A stretch of 64,000 bases of DNA from a virus, in the IMG/VR virus record IMGVR_UViG_3300021962_000084, positions 5,808 through 69,807 of that record; one strand, given 5' to 3'. The position numbers and the translations under genes are program-made. The notes beneath the pieces are model-generated. The model was not told the origin of the DNA, searched no databases, and was given only the letters and a program-made list of their open reading frames with translations. Shown piece by piece: positions 50,629 through 59,000 of the stretch (its first letter is position 1; each line of letters opens with the position of its first letter).

Positions 50629-53280
50629 ATGTCAGCATTTCCATATTTTTCAAATATAGCACCACATGTACAGGCCGAATTAGCAAGAAGAAAAGATGAT
50701 TTGGTTTATGTATCACGTCTAAATTGCTGGGTACGTGCATCATCTGGAGTTGGAGCAGGTCTAATGATTTATTCCAACCCTGATTTTCAATTGTTTAAAG
50801 CAATGGGAAGTACAGGTACATCAATCTATGGTAATAATACTAGCAGTGGTACAATTGGTGTAAGATGGGATGGAACAACAGCTGTTAATGCATCTGGTGA
50901 CTTTTGGGGATTTAGACCACCACCTATAATAACATCAATTCAAATAGATGAAGGTGCTGGTTCTCTATCTAGAAAAGCAGAATTTTCAATTACTGCATAT
51001 ACAAAAGCACAATTAAATACCTTATGTAAGTATTTTTTAGAACCAGGCTATACTATTTTTTTGGAGTTTGGGTGGAACACTAGAGCAGGTGTTAGCGCAT
51101 ATAAACCAAATTTAAGTGCTGGATATGTAGGTGCGTTTCAATCGTTCGACCTTGTCAATAGAGCAAGAAAAAATACAAACGGACATTATGATAACTATTT
51201 AGGATTTATTACTGGTGGTAGTATTGCTATGAATGGAGATACATGGACAATGAATGTAAAATGTACAGGATTCACAGAGCTCCCAGCATTTTTAAATGCA
51301 GCAGATAGTTCAGAGGCTGTTGAAAAAAACGAAGAACCAGTTGGACAATATTTTAAACCAACTGCAGTTAATGCAGAAACTGATTTGGGTAGAAAACGAT
51401 TTATGATGGCATTTAATAGATTACCATCAAATAAACAAAGTCAAAGAGTTGCAAACTTAATAAACGATAAAACTGTTGCTAACTTTAAAAATTTTATTAA
51501 TGTTGATGAAAATGTAAAGGAAAATATAAATGATACAACTACTGGTACTGAAATTTTTGGATTTTCTATAAATGATGAAGAAGTAAAATCGGAAGATAAG
51601 AATTTTGAAGTTCCATCTGGTACACGCCTAATAGGTGATGAATCCTTTATAAGATTTGGCACCCTAATGAAAATAATAAATACAATTGGGGCTGAGGGAT
51701 TCTATATTGGACAGACATTGGTAAAAAACCACGTAAACACAGAAAATACAGTATGTTCTGCTTTTAAGCTAATGTTTTCTACAGATAAAAGCAAATTGTT
51801 CATACCGAATAATAAAGCACCATTCTTTTCTGTATTTACTGCAGCAACCACCGATACTACAAGTGTAGATACAAAAAGGCCGAATCCATGTAATATAGAA
51901 GATATATATTTTCCATCCCCAACACCAATTATAGCAGGTGTAGCTGATAAAAAGTCAATACAATTTGTGGGACCTGATATGAATGGTGTTAGTAAGGATG
52001 CGTTTGAATGGGGACTTTTAGATAATCTTTATGTAAATATGGATTTTGTTAAAGGTATTTTAGAAACAAAAAACTTTTTAGTTAAAGATGCATTATTTCA
52101 AATTCTAAATGGGATGTCATCCGCAGCCGGAGGTATTTGGGATTTTCAAATCCAAGAATCAAGCACAAAATCAGGAGGGTCTACTGAATTAACTGTTGTG
52201 GATATGAACTTTATACCAAAGGGAGATGGTGGGATGGCCATATTGGATGTGGTTGGTGTTAGTTCTGTCTTTATGGATGCTAATTTGGATTTAGAAATTA
52301 GTGGAATGAAGATGAATCAGGTAATAGCTAAACGTTTGAATTATACCGCTAACTCAAGTTCAAGTCCTGTTGATGTAGATGGAAATAAAGGACTATTTAC
52401 TAATGAACCTGATTTAGTTTTACAATCTATAAAAAAAAGTAATGCAAAGACGGCACCTGTTCAAGTAAAGACAGAAACTCCCCCAACAACCCCACCGGGT
52501 CCAACAGCTGCTGAAGTGGCGGCAAAGGCAAAGGATGTACTTGTTGACCAAACATTCGCAGCTAATGCAAAAGATAGAAATGTTGTGGGTAATTTTGTAA
52601 ATGCAAACGCCAATTTACTTTCTGGTGCAGGAAATACGATTGCAGCTGGATTCTTTTCATTATTTGGTAATGAAGCAGAAGCACAAAAATATCAGGCGGC
52701 AGCTGCTGAAGATTTTGCACAAGCCAACGAATCTCACAATGAAGCAGTAAATGATAGTAAAACTTTTATATCTAATGCAGGTGATACTTTAGTTCAAGCA
52801 GGTGAGGTGATAGCAGATGCAACTGGTGCCACTGCACTTTATGAAATGTATAAAAAATGGTCAGATAAAGAAGAAGCCAAAGAAAAAAACTTTCAACAAT
52901 TTTTGGATAAATTAGGTGCATATCCAAGAGTAAATATTACTTCAACCGATGCTGTTGGTGGTGACGGTGTTAATTTAGAAAGTATTTGTTATTTAGCTTG
53001 TTATAATGACCAATTAACATTTGAATCTTTCAAAAACGGATATGATAAAGCAGTAAAAAACAGCGGTGTAAGTATATCTGCGTTAATGCCAATTAAATTT
53101 AGTTTTACTGTTCATGGTGTAAGTGGTATTAAAAGAGGTGATAAATTTAAAGTAAGGGGAATTCCAACTCAATATGAAACGGGAGGATTCTTTCAGGTAA
53201 CAGCAGTTAAACAGGTTATTGAAGGACAGATGTGGAAAACAGAAGTCGAAGGACAATTTAGATTAGCAAGAAAATCATAA
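50629..53280 (+). CDS. Putative baseplate hub protein
   Basis: Follows the LysM gene; C-terminal PIKFSFTVHGVSGI..GD.F.V..IP..Y...FQVT.V.Q.I....WKT.VEG resembles hub/late-control-D C-termini. Confidence 0.55.
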   Translation: MSAFPYFSNIAPHVQAELARRKDDLVYVSRLNCWVRASSGVGAGLMIYSNPDFQLFKAMGSTGTSIYGNNTSSGTIGVRWDGTTAVNASGDFWGFRPPPIITSIQIDEGAGSLSRKAEFSITAYTKAQLNTLCKYFLEPGYTIFLEFGWNTRAGVSAYKPNLSAGYVGAFQSFDLVNRARKNTNGHYDNYLGFITGGSIAMNGDTWTMNVKCTGFTELPAFLNAADSSEAVEKNEEPVGQYFKPTAVNAETDLGRKRFMMAFNRLPSNKQSQRVANLINDKTVANFKNFINVDENVKENINDTTTGTEIFGFSINDEEVKSEDKNFEVPSGTRLIGDESFIRFGTLMKIINTIGAEGFYIGQTLVKNHVNTENTVCSAFKLMFSTDKSKLFIPNNKAPFFSVFTAATTDTTSVDTKRPNPCNIEDIYFPSPTPIIAGVADKKSIQFVGPDMNGVSKDAFEWGLLDNLYVNMDFVKGILETKNFLVKDALFQILNGMSSAAGGIWDFQIQESSTKSGGSTELTVVDMNFIPKGDGGMAILDVVGVSSVFMDANLDLEISGMKMNQVIAKRLNYTANSSSSPVDVDGNKGLFTNEPDLVLQSIKKSNAKTAPVQVKTETPPTTPPGPTAAEVAAKAKDVLVDQTFAANAKDRNVVGNFVNANANLLSGAGNTIAAGFFSLFGNEAEAQKYQAAAAEDFAQANESHNEAVNDSKTFISNAGDTLVQAGEVIADATGATALYEMYKKWSDKEEAKEKNFQQFLDKLGAYPRVNITSTDAVGGDGVNLESICYLACYNDQLTFESFKNGYDKAVKNSGVSISALMPIKFSFTVHGVSGIKRGDKFKVRGIPTQYETGGFFQVTAVKQVIEGQMWKTEVEGQFRLARKS

Positions 53281-53283
53281 GCT

Positions 53284-53673
53284 ATGTCATACTTTATACC
53301 ATTAAAAAACACTTATAGATATGCATCTGTAGCGAAATTGGGACAAGAATTTAGTCCTAAAAAAATAGCAGCACATATCCCAACACCACAAGATGTTGAT
53401 TATCAGCGTGGCTATATAGTAAGATATTTTATACAAAAAGCAAATGATAAAGATTCTAAAATCTTTGAAGTTGATGAATATGGTTTTGCAAAATTTATAA
53501 ACTCACCATTTTATATTGCGGTTGAAATTGATTGGAGATTGGCAGGGCCTACCGATGAAATTAGACAATCTAATATGAAATCTATAAATTTTGTAAAAAA
53601 ACAAATGCCTGCTTTAAAAATGTATTTGGTAAATTACCTTCAATTTTCAAAAAATAATTTGGAATTGTTATAA
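53284..53673 (+). CDS. Hypothetical protein
   Basis: 129-aa ORF (PTPQDVDYQRGYIVRYF) ending the baseplate operon. Confidence 0.6.
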   Translation: MSYFIPLKNTYRYASVAKLGQEFSPKKIAAHIPTPQDVDYQRGYIVRYFIQKANDKDSKIFEVDEYGFAKFINSPFYIAVEIDWRLAGPTDEIRQSNMKSINFVKKQMPALKMYLVNYLQFSKNNLELL

Positions 53674-53697
53674 AAGTTTCGTATATTTGTATTTATA
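53658..53697 (+). promoter_or_regulatory. Bacteroidota-type primary-sigma promoter fused to a TATTTATA motif, upstream of the tmRNA
   Basis: TTTG (53658-61), 20-nt spacer, TATATTTG (53682-89) matches the TTTG-N19-21-TAnnTTTG consensus; TATTTATA follows at 53690-97. Confidence 0.75.
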
Positions 53698-53703
53698 AAG
53701 TAT

Positions 53704-54095
53704 GGGGATGTGATGGCATTTGATTGCAATGCGAATAGTAGTATCACACGTAGTGGGATGGGTTCTCTCACCACTTTAATCTCGGAATCAAACAATAACC
53801 GACGTAGAATTATCTACTTGGAACTTCGAAGATGCTATGGCATTTGTAGGAGCTTACGATTACGCTGTAGCAGCCTAATCTCCTCCCGCATCACTCGTGG
53901 GATTTAAATAGAAGTGAACAAACCGGAGCATTACTTATCGGCTCCCTAAAACTGATAGGTTGGTGGAAACGCTGAACTAACCATTCGGCCCCAATTATTT
54001 TGGAAAGTTAATAAGATTAAACTTTATCCTAAACGTGTAATTCGTTGGTATTACGATTACTTTGTAAGACACGGGTTCGAATCCCGTCATCTCCA
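53704..54095 (+). ncRNA. ssrA: tmRNA (transfer-messenger RNA)
   Basis: Acceptor stem GGGGATG / CATCTCC with G3-U wobble and discriminator A; T-arm ACGGG-TTCGAAT-CCCGT; helix-2 complementarity (TTGCAA/TTGTAA, GTAGTATCA/TGGTATTAC, CACG/CGTG); tag ORF after AATAACC at 53801-53878 = DVELSTWNFEDAMAFVGAYDYAVAA*. CCA is not encoded. Confidence 0.93.
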
Positions 54096-54100
54096 CAACA

Positions 54101-54138
54101 ATCCTGAACTACTATTTGGTAGTTTGGGATTTTTTTTG
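54101..54138 (+). terminator. Intrinsic terminator of the tmRNA
   Basis: ATCCTGAACTAC / GTAGTTTGGGAT stem (with G-U pairs) followed by a T run. Confidence 0.8.
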
Positions 54139-54146
54139 TATCTTTG
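54115..54146 (+). promoter_or_regulatory. Bacteroidota-type promoter for the DNA polymerase gene
   Basis: TTTG (54115-18), 20-nt spacer, TATCTTTG (54139-46); ATG at 54152. Confidence 0.7.
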
Positions 54147-54151
54147 TGAAT

Positions 54152-55435
54152 ATGAAAATTGTTGAATCTATTGTAGAATTAAACGAATTGAGAAATTTGT
54201 TGGAAACCGAAGTATCCATTTGGTATCCGATGTGGGTAGATAATGATAAGCACCCACAAAACACTCATATATCGTTTGTATTCATTAGAACCCAGTCGGA
54301 CAAGTATATACTACCACAACAACATACAGACGCTGTATCACTCTCTAATGAGGAAATAGAAGGTGTGTTGAATACTGCCGGTGAGAAGTGGGTATTCCAA
54401 AAGAAAAAGCTACTACAATCTTTTACAAATGTAAGGGAAGGATTGAATGATGTTGATACTGCTCACTTCCTAAAGACAGGTGAGCCAATAGATTACCAAC
54501 AACCACTCCAACACTTAGTAGCACCTTTACTACACAAAGGTTACAAAGAGGACATCATTCAATCCATTCCCATTCTAAAACTTGCGGAAGCAATAGAACC
54601 ACAATTACTTAAACATAGAAACCAAAAGAGTAAAACTTATAATTGGTATAACGATACATTCTTACCTACCCTTTCAGATATTGAACGATATGGGATTCGG
54701 GTCGATGGGAAAAAATTTATTGATAGATGGCCTCAAGCTCACAAACAGCTTTCTCCCCATTCAAAGGTATATACGGAGTACAATCCATTTACGGTGACGG
54801 GAAGACCATCCAATAGACATGGTGGTGTGAACTATGCCGCCCTAAACAAAACCGATGGTAGTAGAGATGTGTTCGTTTCCGATGGGATATTTCTACAAAT
54901 GGATTACAACGCATACCACCCACGACTAATTGCTAAGTTGGTTAAGTATGATGCACCGGATGGTAATATGCACCAATGGTTAGCCGAACAATATGGATGT
55001 AGTGTGGATGAATCGAAGGGAATAACATTCCAACTGCTTTATGGTGGTATTGATGATGAGTTTCGACAAATCCCATACTTTGATAAGGTGGCTGATTATA
55101 TTGATAACTTATGGATTGAAACACAAAGGAATGGATACCTCCAAACACCACATAGAATGATACCCCTAAGTTGGATAGAACAACCCAATGCTCAAAAGGT
55201 ATTCAACTATCTACTACAAGCGGTAGAAACTGAAATGAATATTGATAAAATGGGAAAGATATTAGAATGCATTAAGGGGAGTGGGATTGAGTTTTCCCTT
55301 TATACCTATGACTCGTTCCTTTTTGATGTTCCGACTGATGTTGATAAAGAATTAATTAAAGGATTGAAGGAAATAATCGAAGAAGGTGGGTTTCCTATCA
55401 AAGCAAGTTGGGGAAAAACATACGGAAAACTCTAA
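54152..55435 (+). CDS. Compact family A DNA polymerase-like protein; start revised to 54152
   Basis: TVTGRPSN, motif A DYNAYHPRL, motif B KGITFQLLYG, motif C YTYDSFLFD; about 427 aa. The track start at 54116 lies inside the terminator/promoter. Confidence 0.8.
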   Translation: MKIVESIVELNELRNLLETEVSIWYPMWVDNDKHPQNTHISFVFIRTQSDKYILPQQHTDAVSLSNEEIEGVLNTAGEKWVFQKKKLLQSFTNVREGLNDVDTAHFLKTGEPIDYQQPLQHLVAPLLHKGYKEDIIQSIPILKLAEAIEPQLLKHRNQKSKTYNWYNDTFLPTLSDIERYGIRVDGKKFIDRWPQAHKQLSPHSKVYTEYNPFTVTGRPSNRHGGVNYAALNKTDGSRDVFVSDGIFLQMDYNAYHPRLIAKLVKYDAPDGNMHQWLAEQYGCSVDESKGITFQLLYGGIDDEFRQIPYFDKVADYIDNLWIETQRNGYLQTPHRMIPLSWIEQPNAQKVFNYLLQAVETEMNIDKMGKILECIKGSGIEFSLYTYDSFLFDVPTDVDKELIKGLKEIIEEGGFPIKASWGKTYGKL

Positions 55436-55441
55436 AGAACA

Positions 55442-55449
55442 TATTTATA
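55442..55449 (+). promoter_or_regulatory. TATTTATA motif, putative late promoter
   Basis: Just after the polymerase stop and upstream of the ATG at 55476. Confidence 0.6.
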
Positions 55450-55475
55450 GTATATACAAAAACATGCTATATACT

Positions 55476-56084
55476 ATGAAAAAAATCTTTGTTTTATTAT
55501 CGTTTCTTTTTGTTTCGATAGTTTCTTTTGGCCAATTGCCTGATGTTAGAGTAAAGAATGAAGTGTTTGATATACTTTATTCGCAATCGTTAGAACAACC
55601 ACTAATTATCAAGTATCGTTCTACAAATAGACCAACAAATGTGAATAGAGGTCACATGGATTTCTATACCGAAAAGGCAATCAAAACTTCAGATGGTGAA
55701 GATTACAAAGGAAATGTTTACGATAAAGGACATGGGGCTCCAGCAGCAACATTTTCTGATAACGAAGTAAACCTAAAGCAAACTTTTTCATACTTAAACT
55801 CAATAATGCAGAATCAATATCTTAATAGAGGTGAGTGGAGAATGTTAGAAGAACAAATCCGTAAATGGGATGATACAGAACCAATCACTGTCTTAATAAA
55901 AACTTTCTTTGATACTCCGGTTAAAAGAGTACCAACTGGTGCAGCAATTCCATCTCATTTACAAAAACACATTTACTTTGAAAAACAAAAGAAATGGAAG
56001 TGTTTTGTATTCCTAAATGAAAGACCAAAATTTCATTGGGATGAATTGGAAATGATATGTGAAGCTGAAGACCACAAATTTTAA
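55476..56084 (+). CDS. Secreted DNA/RNA non-specific endonuclease (NucA/EndA family); start revised to 55476
   Basis: YDKGHGAPAA...TFSYLN...Q...LNRGEW..LEE is the beta-beta-alpha-Me family signature; N-terminal Sec signal MKKIFVLLSFLFVSIVSFG-Q. Confidence 0.85.
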   Translation: MKKIFVLLSFLFVSIVSFGQLPDVRVKNEVFDILYSQSLEQPLIIKYRSTNRPTNVNRGHMDFYTEKAIKTSDGEDYKGNVYDKGHGAPAATFSDNEVNLKQTFSYLNSIMQNQYLNRGEWRMLEEQIRKWDDTEPITVLIKTFFDTPVKRVPTGAAIPSHLQKHIYFEKQKKWKCFVFLNERPKFHWDELEMICEAEDHKF

Positions 56085-59000
56085 TGAATATGAATTTATC
56101 TGAATTAATAAACGAAATACTATCCGAATGGGCATATAGAGTTGAAAATGGTATGCCTGACCCAAAGAACCCAATCCATATAAAGGAGTTGGGTATCGTA
56201 CTTTCTGAAATGGGATTATCTCATATCAAAAATGATTTAGTTGAAAATCTTTTGATGGAAAAAGGTAAAACTCCAGAAAAGAATGTAGTTGAAGCTGAAA
56301 AAGGTAACTTTACAAATCCAGCTTTAAACAAATCTATTAAGTATAGAAACGATAAAGGTGAAGATGCAGAAGGTATTGTTGGTAACCTTTTAAGATTACC
56401 AAAAGAACATCCCGGTAGAGTAGCTGCAGAAAAAACATTACCACAGGATGGTACTCCGGAAAGAGATTCTATTAATAAAGATTTAGGCGGAGAGGGGCAA
56501 CCTAAAAAGCCTGAAGATGGAAAAGGTGAAAAAGGTGGTGAAGAAGGTGGAGCTCCAAAAGAAGACCCAATAAAGAAAGCGGCCCCAATGTTTGACCCAA
56601 AAGTAGACCCTGCTATGGCGGCTCGCATGGATAAAGAAAAAGAAGTTCAATCCCAATTAGCAAAAGATGCTGAAGCCGATAAAGAAGCTGAAAAAGCACA
56701 AGAACCAAAAAAAGATGATGAATTTCAACCAATAGATTCAAAGGATGTTGCAAAAGAAATGCCTGAAGCTGACCCAGAAACATTTAGTGGAGGTTCGGAT
56801 ATTCCAGATGGTGTAAAACCAGAGGAGTTGGAAAAATTTAATACCGATATTAAAAAAGTTGCACAACAAGTAGCAGATGCAAAAGCTAAAGGAGAACCAG
56901 CCCCAAACATTAACTTATGTGATGTAACTGTGCCGGGTACTAACTTATATTGTGATGATAATTTGGGAATACCAAGAGATGAGATGCCTCAATTCAAAGG
57001 TAACGCATCGCCGGGTAGTAGAGCAGCCGGAATGGATGCTGATGCAAGTGGTGAAGTGGATACCGAACCTGTGTTCAAAGAAATGCTAAAAGAAAAAGGG
57101 ATTAAAACCCTTCAAACCGAAATTCCTGCTGATAAATTAAAAGCAACACAAAAAGATTTAGTTGGAGCAAAAGTAGTTGGTATGATGGCGGCTTTAGAAA
57201 AAGACCCACAACATCCAAAAATTACTGCACCAATTTATGTTAGTAGAGATGGGCATGTAATTGATGGCCACCACCGTTGGGCGGCAATTGTAGCTCATAA
57301 CGCAGCAAATCCAGACAATCAAATACCAATGAAAACAACGGTATTGGATATGGATATTAAAGATGCAATACCAATGGCAAATAAGTTTGCAGAAGATATG
57401 GGTATTGCGGCTAAGAAAGCAGACGCTAATAAGGAAACTCCATCAGAACCACAAAAGGTAACATCGGCACCAAAAATAACCGAAAAGATAAAGAAAAAGA
57501 TAGAAAATTGGACCGAAAAGGAAAAAGCATTCTTTGATAGAAATGAAGGAGCACCTGGTTCAAAAGAACGTAGAAGTTTAGGACAGGCTTTAAAGGATAA
57601 AGCAGCTGGTGCTTTGAAGGCAATTAAAAAAGGATTCAAACATGAAGTAGAAGAATTTAAAGCAGCTGGTTCTGGTGTTAAAAACTTCTTTAGTGGTAAA
57701 GAATTAAGTGAACATGAAGTAAAAGCAGTTAAAGCAGTTGCATTTAAAGTAGTAACCACTGCGGTATTTGGAGCTGCATTTGGTGGATTATCACATGGTG
57801 TTGCTGCATTTGGAAAGCACGTAGCAATGGAATTTATACCTCACGTTATTGCAGAAACCATTTTAAAAGGAGCTGGTAAAGCGGCAGTATTTGCTGATAT
57901 GGAAGGTGAAGCTGAAATGGATGCGAATATGGTTAAGTTTGCTGAGATGATTGCAGATGGATTAGAGAATATGGAAATTAGTCCTGAAATGATGGAGGAT
58001 ATGGTAGATTCTTATAATCAGAAAAAAGAAAGTGGAGAATTGGACGATAATGGAGAGCCAATGGTTAAATCAGAACATTTACATTTGGTAGATGAGTTAA
58101 TGTTAGAAATGATTTATGGATTTATTGAAGAAGCAACTACTACTAAAGATTGGAAATTAGCCGCAAGAAAAGGTGGACCCAAAGGTAAAATAGTTTATTT
58201 TGGTTCTAAAGAAAAAAAACAAGCGGCTGTAAAATCTGGTACTCATGTTGATGTTGATAAAAATCTCAATGCAAAAAGTGGTAGTGATACTACCCAAACT
58301 CCTCCTGCTAGACAGTTAGGAGCTGGAGATTTTAGACCAACCGGAGAAAAAGATTTGGAAAAGAGTACAAAACCTGCAAGAACACCACAAGAATTAGAGG
58401 ACATACGAAATGAAGTATTTAGTGGTAACAAAGGTGTTGTAATTGGTAAAAACGAAGAAGCAGATAATGTTGTTAAAAACAATTTGTTGAAGCATGGTTA
58501 TAATGGGTATCTGAAAGCAACTGGTAAAAAACCAGCACCTGGTTCAGAAGGGTCTGCGTTTAACGAAATAGTATCAGGTACGGCTGCAAAACTTCTAAAT
58601 AAACATCCTGATTTATCCGAAGAAGAATTAACTAGAATTATTGTTAGTCAATTTTGTTCTACGGCATTGGGTAAAGAACAATCTTTAACTGCAGAAGTCA
58701 ATGGTAGTTTACCAAAAGACTTAAAAAACAATCCATGCGCTTCTAAAGCTTTAATAGCCGCAAGGTCTGCTAGAAAAAAATATGATAACTCGATTAGTAG
58801 AGCAGATGAATTGACAAAAAAAGGCTTATTTGGAAAACAAAGAAATTTAGAAACATTTTATGGTGCAGAAGAATCAAAGGAAGCACAGGTAAAATCAATC
58901 CAATCAGCAAAACGAATATTAACACCGGATGGAGATGTTGTTAGTAAAGAAGATGCTATTGCATTCGTAATGATGGGTGGTGGTGGAGCAAACCCATCGG

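Noticed and set aside
53710-53907. 65-aa ORF in the track
   Set aside because: It lies inside the tmRNA and in a different frame from the tag; the RNA structure explains the region.
54068-54095. Stand-alone tRNA gene suggested by GGTTCGAATCCC
   Set aside because: There is no adjacent anticodon or D arm; the acceptor partner is ~385 nt upstream, which identifies it as the tmRNA 3' end.
43833-55475. ORF-track starts at 43833, 54116 and 55386
   Set aside because: These extensions run through terminators, promoter motifs or the upstream gene; ATGs at 43878, 54152 and 55476 fit better.
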